36,608 bases of DNA from a virus (lineage: Duplodnaviria; Caudoviricetes), in IMG/VR virus record IMGVR_UViG_3300033153_003791, positions 1 through 36,608 of that record, one strand, 5' to 3'. The first letter of the stretch is position 1, and each line of letters begins with the position of its first letter. A program made the position numbers and the translations under genes. Positions 1 through 8,270 of this stretch are shown here, one piece after another. The notes under the pieces were generated by a model, which made no database searches, was not told where the DNA came from, and was given only the letters and a program-made list of their open reading frames with translations.

Positions 1-114
1 TTTTCTAAAGCATAATCCATTTTGTCGTTGTAGTCGGTTATTTTGTCGTCTATTATTAGTTTAACTCCGTTCATAATCAACCCTCCAAAACATCTTTATC
101 TAAAAGCTTCATCA
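1..114. repeat. Terminal direct repeat, copy 1 (circular overlap)
   Basis: Bases 1-114 are identical to 36495-36608, and the leftward operon reads continuously across the junction. Confidence 0.97.
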
Positions 115-694
115 TCTTGTTAAACGCTTGAAGTCTCTCTTTCCCTTGTTCTGAATCTTTAGGGAACTCGCTATCGTTGTTCCAAAAATCCTCTCGCCAT
201 TCTTTCTCTGTCCTTGTGAAGCATCCCATTTGTATAATTACTTCTTTTTCTGTTACTATCATAGATGAGCGATATTTGTAAAGTCTATCGAAATAATGAT
301 GGGCAATAACTTTCGCATCTCTCAAGTTCGCACCTATCAAGTTCGCACCTCTCAAGTTCGCACCTATCAAGTCCGCACCTCTCAAGTCCGCACCTCTCAA
401 GTTCGCACCTATCAAGTCCGCACCTCTCAAGTCCGCACCTATCAAGTTCGCACCTCTCAAGTTCGCACCTATCAAGTTCGCACCTCTCAAGTTCGCACCT
501 ATCAAGTTCGCACCTCTCAAGTTCGCACCTCTCAAGTCCGCACCTCTCAAGTTCGCACCTCTCAAGTCCGCACCTCTCAAGTTCGCACGATAAAAACTTT
601 CTTTAGCTTTTAATCCCTCTTCTAATAGCTCTCTCCACGAACTGCACTCGCTCTCAAATATAATCTCTCCCGTATCCCATTTTTTAACTGTCAT
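77..694 (-). CDS. Pentapeptide repeat protein with a C-terminal domain (QMGCF...W motif)
   Basis: 18 A(N/D)L(R/I)G pentapeptides. Start moved to ATG 694 (MTVKK) because an AAGGA RBS and a promoter lie just upstream. Confidence 0.92.
   Translation of the reverse strand: MTVKKWDTGEIIFESECSSWRELLEEGLKAKESFYRANLRGADLRGANLRGADLRGANLRGANLIGANLRGANLIGANLRGANLIGADLRGADLIGANLRGADLRGADLIGANLRGANLIGANLRDAKVIAHHYFDRLYKYRSSMIVTEKEVIIQMGCFTRTEKEWREDFWNNDSEFPKDSEQGKERLQAFNKMMKLLDKDVLEG
317..586 (-). repeat. 15-bp tandem repeat x18
   Basis: Unit GCG(A/G)ACTTGA(G/T)AGGT on the minus strand; essentially only two positions vary. Confidence 0.95.
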
Positions 695-714
695 AATTAA
701 TCCTTTATTTTCAA

Positions 715-756
715 ATTGTAACACAGAAAAAGATTTAATTTCTTGATGCGTATCAA
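715..756 (-). promoter_or_regulatory. Class II FNR/Crp-type promoter of the leftward operon
   Basis: Perfect TTGAT-N4-ATCAA at 743-756, a 19-nt spacer, then TGT-TACAAT (723-715). Confidence 0.75.
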
Positions 757-832
757 GAATCTGCACAAATTTCACAATTTCCATATAGAGTAGTATAACT
801 AAAACAAACTTAATCCAAATTAAAGAAATTGC

Positions 833-861
833 TTGACATTAAAATATTTTTATTGTATCAT
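833..861 (+). promoter_or_regulatory. Sigma70 early rightward promoter
   Basis: TTGACA (833-838), 17 bp spacer, TATCAT (856-861), followed by an AAGGA RBS and ATG 891. Confidence 0.85.
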
Positions 862-890
862 TTCAACATATCAATAGAAAAAGGATGAAA

Positions 891-1055
891 ATGGCGAACT
901 TATTTAAGTCGTATGAAGTAGCGGAATTCTTTGGAATACCAAAACCGACAATGGCGAACTGGTCAAAAGAAAAAGACACTTGGAGAGCTAAACTTTATCG
1001 TAAGTTAGAAAAAGATTATGCTGAACATTTAGCTGAACAAGCAAAGGATTTATAG
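891..1055 (+). CDS. Small HTH DNA-binding protein (Cro/Xis-like), 54 aa; not in ORF track
   Basis: MANLFKSYEVAEFFGIPKPTMANWSK has an HTH pattern; good RBS; first gene after the promoter. Confidence 0.8.
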   Translation: MANLFKSYEVAEFFGIPKPTMANWSKEKDTWRAKLYRKLEKDYAEHLAEQAKDL

Positions 1056-1117
1056 TGAAAAGATTACTAAGAAAATTTGAAGTGTCAATATATAGATGCT
1101 CTAAGAGGTGGTTCTAA
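1055..1117 (+). CDS. Putative 20-aa basic peptide MKRLLRKFEVSIYRCSKRWF
   Basis: GTG start overlapping the previous stop, AAGGA RBS, TAATG coupling to the next gene. Confidence 0.45.
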   Translation: MKRLLRKFEVSIYRCSKRWF

Positions 1118-1350
1118 TGTCTAAATCACTAGATATTAGCTGTAAAGGCATAAACAATGTTTCGTGTGAAAGTGGTGGCACTATGAGTGTAGAGCTTAGT
1201 AATGTTTCGCCTGACTTTATAGAACAGTTGGAAATCAGAGATATTATGTCGTATGCTGACCAGCAAAAGTTGATGAATGAGTTTGATTATGATGAGCTTG
1301 TTGATTATTTAGAGATGAAATATGATGTGAAAGTGGAGGAAGTAAAATGA
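1117..1350 (+). CDS. Hypothetical acidic protein
   Basis: ORF with GAGGTGG RBS; overlaps the next gene (ATGA). Confidence 0.75.
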   Translation: MSKSLDISCKGINNVSCESGGTMSVELSNVSPDFIEQLEIRDIMSYADQQKLMNEFDYDELVDYLEMKYDVKVEEVK

Positions 1351-2363
1351 AAGATGATAACACAGTAGATGCGGAAATAGTAGAGGATGAGTTTAAAGCT
1401 CCAATATTAAGAGATATTAAATATCCGGTGGCTGAAAATGATTTAGTTGCCTTAGTTGAAAAATATAAAGATGTTCCAAACATTGACCTTGATGCAGATG
1501 ATGAAATTGTTGCAGCACAGTACAAAATTGTAAGAGATGGTCATATCGAATTATCTAAAAAGCGTAACCAGATAGAAAAAACTCGTAAAGCGATAAAAGA
1601 TCCTGCGTTTACTTTTGGTAAAAATGTTGATGCTTTTGCAAAAAAACTTCAAGCGATTATTGCTGATACTGAAATAAAGCTAAAATTTCAGAGAGATAAA
1701 GTTGATCAAAACGAAGCTAGAAAACAACGTGAAGCTGAAGAAGCAGAAGAGTTGAGAGTTGATGAGATTAAGAGGTCTTTAAATGCCTTGAAAGATACGC
1801 CTGCTCTTTGCATAAATAAAGATTCTGAAACAATATCAAAATTTTTAGATTTGATGGAACACCCAGATAGAGAACATTTTGAAGAATTTTATGATGAAGC
1901 TATTGAGCTATATAATGCAGCAATATCTCAACTTAAGCAAATGATAGAAAATCAATTGTTAGTAGAAAACGCTCAAAAGATTCAAGATGAAGCCAATGTA
2001 AAAGCTAAAGAAGATGAAGCTGAAAGATTGGAACGTCAAAAAGAGCAACAAGCCAAAATTGATAAAGAGCGTGAAGATTTTGAGCGTGAAAAACAAGAGT
2101 TTGCTGATAGTCAAAGAGCTGTTCAGGAAGAGGCTGATTTAAAACAAGCGGATAAAGAGGCTGACGAGTTGCTGGAAAGACAAAAGAAAGAAGCTAAAGA
2201 AGCAGAGCAAAAAAATATACACCTTAAGGCTGAATATGAGAATGAAGCTTTTGTTGATTTGGATAAACTCTTAAATGATGATGGTGTTGATATTGTAACT
2301 CTTGTTGATATGATTATAGACAATAAAGTTAGACATATTAAATGGAGTCCAGATGGAAACTAA
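1347..2363 (+). CDS. Coiled-coil protein upstream of the recombinase (DUF1351-like position)
   Basis: 338-aa E/K/Q-rich helical ORF with GGAGG RBS, adjacent to the SSAP. Confidence 0.75.
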   Translation: MKDDNTVDAEIVEDEFKAPILRDIKYPVAENDLVALVEKYKDVPNIDLDADDEIVAAQYKIVRDGHIELSKKRNQIEKTRKAIKDPAFTFGKNVDAFAKKLQAIIADTEIKLKFQRDKVDQNEARKQREAEEAEELRVDEIKRSLNALKDTPALCINKDSETISKFLDLMEHPDREHFEEFYDEAIELYNAAISQLKQMIENQLLVENAQKIQDEANVKAKEDEAERLERQKEQQAKIDKEREDFEREKQEFADSQRAVQEEADLKQADKEADELLERQKKEAKEAEQKNIHLKAEYENEAFVDLDKLLNDDGVDIVTLVDMIIDNKVRHIKWSPDGN

Positions 2364-3048
2364 AAACACTACTTTTGAAGAACTTTTAAATCTTGATATA
2401 ACTAGCAAGGTTGAAACAAAAGGTAAAGGCAAACAAGCTCAGAAATATTTGAGTTGGACTTATGCGTGGGAGAAGATAAAAACAACTTTCCCTGATGCAA
2501 ACTATAAAGTATTATGCAATGTTGATGGTATGCCTTATTTTACAGATGATTTTGGGGTTATGATTAGAACAGAGGTAACGGTAAACGATGAAACTCTATC
2601 AATGTGGCTTCCAGTTCTTGACGGTGCAAATAAAGCGTTAAAGCGTGAGGCTTATACATATAAAGTTAAAAAGTATGAGGGTGTTTACCCAAATGCAAAA
2701 TTTAATGGGAATTATGAAGATAAAGAAGTGGTTGCTGCTTCAATGTTTGATATTAACACAGCTACTATGAGATGCTTAGTTAAAAACTTTGCAATGTTTG
2801 GTCTTGGTTTAAATCTTTACATGGGCGAAGAGTTCCAAGAAAAGATAACTATTAACTTGGCTCAAAATTCAGAGATTATGAAACTTATCCAAGATAACAA
2901 TCTTAATCTTCAAGAGTTTTGTAATATTTACAGTATGCAAAAGCCGATGGAATTACATAGTTCTAACTTTAATAATGCTATTGAAACACTTGAAAAAGTA
3001 ATTGAAAGCAAAAAGTCGATAGCTGAATTTATGGCGAACTCTAAGTAA
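2353..3048 (+). CDS. Sak3/DUF1071 single-strand annealing protein
   Basis: Motifs YLSWxYAW, MWLPVLD, DINxxxMRCLVKxxAMFGLGLxLY. Confidence 0.88.
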   Translation: METKNTTFEELLNLDITSKVETKGKGKQAQKYLSWTYAWEKIKTTFPDANYKVLCNVDGMPYFTDDFGVMIRTEVTVNDETLSMWLPVLDGANKALKREAYTYKVKKYEGVYPNAKFNGNYEDKEVVAASMFDINTATMRCLVKNFAMFGLGLNLYMGEEFQEKITINLAQNSEIMKLIQDNNLNLQEFCNIYSMQKPMELHSSNFNNAIETLEKVIESKKSIAEFMANSK

Positions 3049-3465
3049 ATGAAAATAGCACTAATCCTAACAGAAGATTTAACTTTTTTACCAGTTGATA
3101 ATGAAGCTAGAGAAAATGCTTCACAGTTAAAAGTTGGTGCAATCTATGAAGCTGATGTTAAAAACTTAGATATGAGAACGATCAAACAAAACAGTGCTAT
3201 GCACAAATACTTCTCACTTCTAAGTGATGAACTAAACAAGGGAGGTTTTACAGTAGCAAAGCTTTTAAAAGTTACAGTAGTGTGGACACCAACAGCAGTA
3301 AAAGAAATGCTATGGAGACCAATACAAGAGGCGGTAATCAATAAAAAAAGTTCTGCTAAGTTAAACAAAGATGAGGTTATAAAAGTGTATGACAATTTAA
3401 ATCTTATAGTGTCGGAACGGTGTGGCGTTAGTGTACCGTTTCCAAATAAAGAAAAGCTATCATAG
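3049..3465 (+). CDS. NinB/Orf-like recombination protein
   Basis: RTIKQNxxMHxYF motif and C-terminal SSAKLNKDE...GVSVPFP; recombination context. Confidence 0.65.
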   Translation: MKIALILTEDLTFLPVDNEARENASQLKVGAIYEADVKNLDMRTIKQNSAMHKYFSLLSDELNKGGFTVAKLLKVTVVWTPTAVKEMLWRPIQEAVINKKSSAKLNKDEVIKVYDNLNLIVSERCGVSVPFPNKEKLS

Positions 3466-3500
3466 ATAGTATTTTAAGATATGTATAAAAGGAAAATAAG

Positions 3501-3887
3501 ATGAAAAAAGTAATAATGGGAATGATGGTTGTCTTAATGGCGCTTATGGTTAATGGTTGTTCTGATGCAAGAGTAGTATCGTCAAATATTTCAAAAGCAT
3601 CTGATATGTTTGAAATCGACAGACGAATAGTTTTTTATAATGGAATAACTGGCGAGTATATGCTCTCTATCAATGGTAAGTGTTCTATAGAGCCAAAATC
3701 AAGTAGAGTTGCAGTAATTTGTAAAACTGGCGAAGATGAATATAAAAAGCATTATTTAGGATTATCTGATAATGTCACATATTTTGCCGAACAGCTAAAA
3801 AGTAAAGATGTTAGTGCGTACCATTACAGAGTGATATTTAAACCGCAAACAATTATACCTGATATTGATTTTAGAGGAGAATTATAA
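3501..3887 (+). CDS. Conserved phage lipoprotein
   Basis: MKK, hydrophobic stretch and lipobox VNGC, then RRIVFYNGIT...YKKHYLGLSDNVTYF. Confidence 0.8.
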   Translation: MKKVIMGMMVVLMALMVNGCSDARVVSSNISKASDMFEIDRRIVFYNGITGEYMLSINGKCSIEPKSSRVAVICKTGEDEYKKHYLGLSDNVTYFAEQLKSKDVSAYHYRVIFKPQTIIPDIDFRGEL

Positions 3888-4363
3888 TGAGCTACAATAA
3901 AATAATCTTAGTAGGTAATCTCACAAGAGATATAGAGTTACGCTACAGTCAAAGCGGTATGGGTATAGCTAATACTGCAATCGCTACAAGTCGTAAATTT
4001 ACTTCAAATGGCGAAAAGAAAACTGAAACTTGTTTTGTTGATATAACTTTTTTTGCTCGTTCAGCGGAAGTTGCAAATCAGTACCTTAGAAAAGGCTCAA
4101 AGATTTTAGTGGAAGGTCGACTTAATTTCGACTCTTGGATAGACCAAAACGGTCAAAAACGGTCTAAGCACTCTGTTGTGGTCGAAACAATGCAAATGTT
4201 GGATAGCAAGGGCGATAATCAAGAACAGCCTCAACAGCAGCAACAACCTCAGAGTTATCAACAACAATCGCCACAAGCTAACCAAGTGCCTACATCTTAC
4301 GAACAAGTGCCGAAAGATAGTGTGCCAGAGATAGATATAGACGAGCAAAGCATACCGTTCTAG
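3887..4363 (+). CDS. ssb: Single-stranded DNA-binding protein
   Basis: NKIILVGNLTRDIELRY OB-fold and acidic ...IPF tail; Campylobacterota-like. Confidence 0.97.
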   Translation: MSYNKIILVGNLTRDIELRYSQSGMGIANTAIATSRKFTSNGEKKTETCFVDITFFARSAEVANQYLRKGSKILVEGRLNFDSWIDQNGQKRSKHSVVVETMQMLDSKGDNQEQPQQQQQPQSYQQQSPQANQVPTSYEQVPKDSVPEIDIDEQSIPF

Positions 4364-4365
4364 CT

Positions 4366-4488
4366 ATGACCGACAGACAAAAAACTCAAGATGCTCTAAT
4401 GTTAGCACTTGAGAAAAAAGAGTTTTACACCAAAGAAGTTGAACGGTTGATTGAATTGTTAGAGAAAGGAAGTGGAGAAAATGTTTAA
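4366..4488 (+). CDS. Small hypothetical protein (40 aa); not in ORF track
   Basis: MTDRQKTQDALMLALEKKEFY... fills the gap between ssb and the next gene. Confidence 0.6.
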   Translation: MTDRQKTQDALMLALEKKEFYTKEVERLIELLEKGSGENV

Positions 4489-4678
4489 GTTAATAGAGTT
4501 AGATAACAAAAGTTCCTATGGCGTTAATGCTGTTGGAAAAACAGGAGTGTTTAATTACGATGGAATAGTTTTTAGGTTTCAAGGTGTACGAAGCAGCAGA
4601 GTAGAGAGCATTATAAACGATGGAATCTCTATGGAAGTCAAAACTAAAAATTCAACATATGTGTTTGAGAAGATGTAA
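4481..4678 (+). CDS. Hypothetical protein
   Basis: GGAGA RBS before ATG 4481. Confidence 0.65.
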   Translation: MFKLIELDNKSSYGVNAVGKTGVFNYDGIVFRFQGVRSSRVESIINDGISMEVKTKNSTYVFEKM

Positions 4679-4680
4679 AG

Positions 4681-5037
4681 ATGCCACTATCAAAAAAACA
4701 ACAGACTAGCAGTAAAAGGTTAAAGCCGAAAGTGAAAGCAAAAAAGCGTACTCAATCTTTAAATCCTAATAAGCCGGTAAGGTTTGAAAAGGAGAAGTTG
4801 CAACAAAGAGTTTATGACATTCTTAATCTTGGTGCTTGTCAAGTTTGCGAAGTTTCTCAAGATTTGGATTATCCTCATCACGTTGAACAAGGCAGTAAAA
4901 AAGATGATAGAACGATGATAAACATTTGTGTTGAGTGTCATAGACTCATACACGGAGTTGGATATAGTGCGGTAAAAAAAGACCGTTCAGAGTGTTTAGT
5001 GATTGCTTTGGGTAATCATAAATTATTGGAGAAGTAA
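4681..5037 (+). CDS. Zn-binding HNH-type nuclease with basic N-terminus
   Basis: CQVC...PHHV...NICVECHxxIH. Confidence 0.78.
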   Translation: MPLSKKQQTSSKRLKPKVKAKKRTQSLNPNKPVRFEKEKLQQRVYDILNLGACQVCEVSQDLDYPHHVEQGSKKDDRTMINICVECHRLIHGVGYSAVKKDRSECLVIALGNHKLLEK

Positions 5038-5038
5038 A

Positions 5039-5452
5039 ATGAAAGCGATATTAGTACAGGATAGTTTAAAACTACCGATAAGTTCACCAAGAAGTGATTA
5101 TCCAAAAAAAGCAGGGCTGTATTTAGTTGATGATGGGACAAATTATCAAATAGTTGTTTTAGATGAACTAATGACTGATGATATGACGCCTTACGGGTAT
5201 ATGATACCAAGAGATTCAGTTATTAAAGAGTATGAGCGTATTGGTGAGCGAGATATAGATTTATTGCAAAAGCAATTAGCCGAACTTAACAAGGGTATTA
5301 TGGATATTGGTAGCGATTTAATAACCACAGAGGATAATTTAAAACACGCTATCTCTAACATTGAAAGTGGCAGTAGTTCAGATATTGATTTGCAAGGGCT
5401 GACTAAACTAATCGCAGTTGCACAAAAACCTGATTTGTTGACAAAAAAATAA
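5039..5452 (+). CDS. Hypothetical protein
   Basis: ORF with GGAGA RBS before ATG 5039. Confidence 0.7.
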   Translation: MKAILVQDSLKLPISSPRSDYPKKAGLYLVDDGTNYQIVVLDELMTDDMTPYGYMIPRDSVIKEYERIGERDIDLLQKQLAELNKGIMDIGSDLITTEDNLKHAISNIESGSSSDIDLQGLTKLIAVAQKPDLLTKK

Positions 5453-5550
5453 AAGTAACTAAAATGCTAAAATACCGCTTCACAGTAAACAGCAAAGGCT
5501 TCATAGTGGCAAGGGCATATTATGTTCTTCCTCTTAGAAAAGTTTGAAAC

Positions 5551-5559
5551 TGCTATAAT
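5551..5559 (+). promoter_or_regulatory. Extended -10 promoter
   Basis: TGC-TATAAT about 20 nt upstream of an RBS/ATG. Confidence 0.6.
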
Positions 5560-5578
5560 ACGGAATAAAAGGGTTAAA

Positions 5579-5662
5579 ATGATAGAAACAATAATACTTA
5601 TAATGGTTGGAGTTTTACTTTGGGCAACAAGACCTAAAAGACGATGGGGCGAAAATGGATAG
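5579..5662 (+). CDS. Small single-TM protein (27 aa); not in ORF track
   Basis: MIETIILIMVGVLLWATRPKRRWGENG; AAGGG RBS; follows the promoter. Confidence 0.6.
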   Translation: MIETIILIMVGVLLWATRPKRRWGENG

Positions 5663-6179
5663 CCAAAAAGTTTTATATAACAAAGTAGGGAACGATGAAA
5701 GTTACACACCTGATTATGGAGTAAAGCCTATTTTAAAGTACATACCTAAAGATGCTGTTGTGTGGTGTCCTTTTGATACACTAGATAGTGAATTTGTTAA
5801 ACAAATAAGCAAAACAAATACTGTTGTATATAGCCACATTAAAGATGGTGAAGATTTCTTTAATTATGAGCCTCTCATTGAATGGGATATTATCGTAAGC
5901 AACCCACCTTTTAAAAATAAGAGACAGTTTTTTGAGAGAGCATTAAATTTTAATAAACCCTTTGCACTTTTAATGACATTAGCCTCTTTGAATGATAAGA
6001 ACCCAGCTTTTTGTTTTTATGATGCTGGGGTTGAAATGCAATTATTGAAATTTGACAAGAGGATTCATTTTAAAAAACCAGATGGTTCAACAGAAAAGAA
6101 GACAACCTTTTCAAGTGGTTATATGTGTTACGACTTTTTGCCTAGTAATTTAATTCTTGAAGAATTGAAAGGATTATAA
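5655..6179 (+). CDS. Phage DNA N6-adenine methyltransferase-like protein
   Basis: DExYTP, VWCPFD, DFF and catalytic SNPPF motifs. Confidence 0.82.
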   Translation: MDSQKVLYNKVGNDESYTPDYGVKPILKYIPKDAVVWCPFDTLDSEFVKQISKTNTVVYSHIKDGEDFFNYEPLIEWDIIVSNPPFKNKRQFFERALNFNKPFALLMTLASLNDKNPAFCFYDAGVEMQLLKFDKRIHFKKPDGSTEKKTTFSSGYMCYDFLPSNLILEELKGL

Positions 6180-6484
6180 TGAGAGTATATCGAAAGAAAT
6201 TCCAGGATAATTTCATATCCGAAAAAGACATCTTAACCATTCAAAACAAAGCTATCTACTTCAAAACCGTTACAGTCAAAGATATAATGATTATCGACAA
6301 TAGGGGATATAAATGTTCTACTCCAAGCTTTAACCTTAACGATTTGATTATCGCCCAAGCTGAGTTCACAAAAACAGTAAGGTCACAAGTCAAAAAAAGA
6401 AATGTCGAAGTCTTAGCAATTCTTAGAAAGCTTAGAGATGATTTGATTGAAAAAGATTTAGATTTTAAGAGGGTGCAGTTATGA
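6179..6484 (+). CDS. Hypothetical protein
   Basis: TAATG coupling, AAGGA RBS. Confidence 0.7.
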   Translation: MRVYRKKFQDNFISEKDILTIQNKAIYFKTVTVKDIMIIDNRGYKCSTPSFNLNDLIIAQAEFTKTVRSQVKKRNVEVLAILRKLRDDLIEKDLDFKRVQL

Positions 6485-6660
6485 AGATCACAAAAGCATT
6501 TATTTTCGTTGAGATTGATGGAGATGAAAAACTAAGACAAGTTTTATTAAGTAAAGATGAACAGGATAGATTTATTTCTCTTATTGAGTATGGAGCAGTT
6601 ATGCAAAGTCCTATAAAAATATCAGAAAAGCATTTAGATACAATAGAGGTGGCAAAATGA
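6481..6660 (+). CDS. Hypothetical protein (59 aa); not in ORF track
   Basis: MKITKAFIFVEIDGDEKLRQV...; ATGA overlaps at both ends. Confidence 0.7.
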   Translation: MKITKAFIFVEIDGDEKLRQVLLSKDEQDRFISLIEYGAVMQSPIKISEKHLDTIEVAK

Positions 6661-7040
6661 CTTTCAACATAACCCCACAAGCTACGCCAAGACCAAGAGT
6701 AGGAAAACACGGAGCGTATTACCCTGAAAAGTACCGTATCTACAAAAGAGCTTTAGGACTAATAGCAAAAAGTGTGTGCAAAACTCACTACAAAGGTGCG
6801 ATAAAATTAGAAGTAGGTTTTTATATGCCGATTCCAAAATCACTATCTAAAAAGAAACAAGAAGCGCTTGCAGGAGAATGGCACATAAAGAAGCCTGACA
6901 CCGATAATCTGATAAAAGGTGTCAAAGATGCTTTAGAGGGCATAGCGTTTGATAACGATAGCCAAGTATGCCACGAAACAGCGTACAAGCTTTATTCTGT
7001 TAATCCTAGAATAGAAGTAGTTATAAGTGAGCTAAAATGA
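6657..7040 (+). CDS. rusA: RusA Holliday junction resolvase
   Basis: PRPR, KPDTDNLIKGVKDAL and FDNDSQV motifs. Confidence 0.95.
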   Translation: MTFNITPQATPRPRVGKHGAYYPEKYRIYKRALGLIAKSVCKTHYKGAIKLEVGFYMPIPKSLSKKKQEALAGEWHIKKPDTDNLIKGVKDALEGIAFDNDSQVCHETAYKLYSVNPRIEVVISELK

Positions 7041-7105
7041 TACAAGTCGCTAAACATTTAGATCAAGATGAAAGTGAACTTGTTATATTGGTTGAGGAGA
7101 TATAG

Positions 7106-7363
7106 ATGAATTTAGAGAGTTTTTTAAAAAAGAAAAAACATCATGATAAGGCACTGGAGCTAATCAAGAAAATGTTTAGTGATGATATTTTAGCTTGTTG
7201 GGAAAATATTTTAGATTATAGAGTTTTTAACGATAGAGTAGTAATAACAACAGACCAGAAATGTTGTGGATATGGCTGCATAACTTCTCACACAACTGAT
7301 TTTCATTATAGTCTTAATGAAACAAAAAAGAAATATATGGAATGGAAAAGAGGCGAGAAATGA
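7106..7363 (+). CDS. Hypothetical protein
   Basis: GAGGAG RBS; coupled to the next gene. Confidence 0.7.
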   Translation: MNLESFLKKKKHHDKALELIKKMFSDDILACWENILDYRVFNDRVVITTDQKCCGYGCITSHTTDFHYSLNETKKKYMEWKRGEK

Positions 7364-8010
7364 AGAAAATTATATTACATTTATGTGCAGATTTAGGAAG
7401 CGATAGCAGATATTATCAACTTGATGGTGATTATGAAGTTATTAGGATAGGTTCTGATATAGGTGTTGAAAACTTTACTCCACCCTCTAATGTTTATGGT
7501 GTCTTTGCCAACCCTGTGTGTAGAGGATTCACAACAATTCACGGTTTTGAAAAAGATTCACTTTGCAGCACTGGTCTTTTTCAAGATGAACCTGAGTTTG
7601 ATAAAATGTTTCTTGTTAACGAATGTAAGAGAATCATAAATGAATGTGACCCTGTTTTCTGGGTAATAGAAAACCCAGCGAAAGGAACATTAAGAAGTGA
7701 ATTAGGCAAACCAAAATCCATATATCAGCCTTGGCATTATGGAAGCCCTTGGAGTAAGCAAACTGCACTATGGGGAAATTTTAATATGCCTGAGCCTTTA
7801 TATGAAAAATGGGAAGATGTGCCTAATAAAATAAGCTCTCTATGGAAAAGAAAAGACAGAGATAAGCCATGTCTTGCCTATCTGCATAAAAACGATGTGC
7901 TTAAAATTCCTGAATTTGAATGGGCAATAAGTAAAATTAAAAGTGATATGGATTTAAGGTCAATGTGCAGCCAAGGCTTTGCTAAAGCTTTTTATGAAGC
8001 AAATCTCTAA
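7360..8010 (+). CDS. DNA cytosine-C5 methyltransferase-like protein
   Basis: Motif IV-like NPVC, motif VI WVIENP, KxTxLWG; divergent motif I (LHLCADLGS). Confidence 0.7.
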   Translation: MKKIILHLCADLGSDSRYYQLDGDYEVIRIGSDIGVENFTPPSNVYGVFANPVCRGFTTIHGFEKDSLCSTGLFQDEPEFDKMFLVNECKRIINECDPVFWVIENPAKGTLRSELGKPKSIYQPWHYGSPWSKQTALWGNFNMPEPLYEKWEDVPNKISSLWKRKDRDKPCLAYLHKNDVLKIPEFEWAISKIKSDMDLRSMCSQGFAKAFYEANL

Positions 8011-8038
8011 ACCCCTTTACTTTTTAATTTAGTTGGGG

Positions 8039-8044
8039 TATAAT
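8039..8044 (+). promoter_or_regulatory. -10 box of the replication operon promoter
   Basis: TATAAT preceded by phased T-tracts typical of Campylobacterota promoters. Confidence 0.65.
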
Positions 8045-8070
8045 TACAATCAACCTAGCATATAGCTTTC

Positions 8071-8230
8071 TTAGAATGGAAACATACTGAGGTTATGTGC
8101 TTAACATAACAAGATGAGTCAACTTAGCCAGTCACAGCTAAGGTACTTCCTTTGCCACTCTTTATGGGTGGTTAAGTTGAGTTATCTTTTAGAAGAAGTA
8201 CCGAATGTGACAACTTCAGCTTCATTCTAA
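8071..8230 (+). ncRNA. Structured leader RNA, C4/CI antisense-like architecture
   Basis: Several long complementary segments containing G-U pairs (8071-80/8221-30, 8111-30/8169-88, 8131-49/8195-8211) in a non-coding gap. Confidence 0.65.
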
Positions 8231-8270
8231 TCAATCAAAATTTAACTTAAATTCAAAATGTCGAAACGAA

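Noticed and set aside
1-114. Physical direct terminal repeat of the virion DNA
   Set aside because: It cuts through coding sequence and is more simply an assembly circularisation overlap; cannot be decided without reads.
317-586. Possible CRISPR array or DGR template
   Set aside because: Contiguous 15-bp coding units with no spacers; no cas or reverse transcriptase gene in the genome.
296-613. + strand repetitive ORF ([10 protein letters not shown])n
   Set aside because: Antisense shadow of the pentapeptide repeat; no RBS or promoter.
891-3040. ATGGCGAACT repeated at 891, 951 and 3031
   Set aside because: All encode Met-Ala-Asn in frame; no regulatory positioning.
7053-7089. Fourth FNR-type promoter (ATCAA ... 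TGTTATATT)
   Set aside because: Only a half-site, spacing is 14 rather than 19 nt, and it lies in a probable 22-aa ORF (7037-7105).
7642-7650. GAATGTGAC as an upstream target of the C4-like RNA
   Set aside because: It is in coding sequence upstream of the promoter and lacks the partner GAAGTACC; likely chance.
8111-8188. tRNA gene
   Set aside because: tRNA-like size, but no T-loop GTTC, D-loop or anticodon arm.
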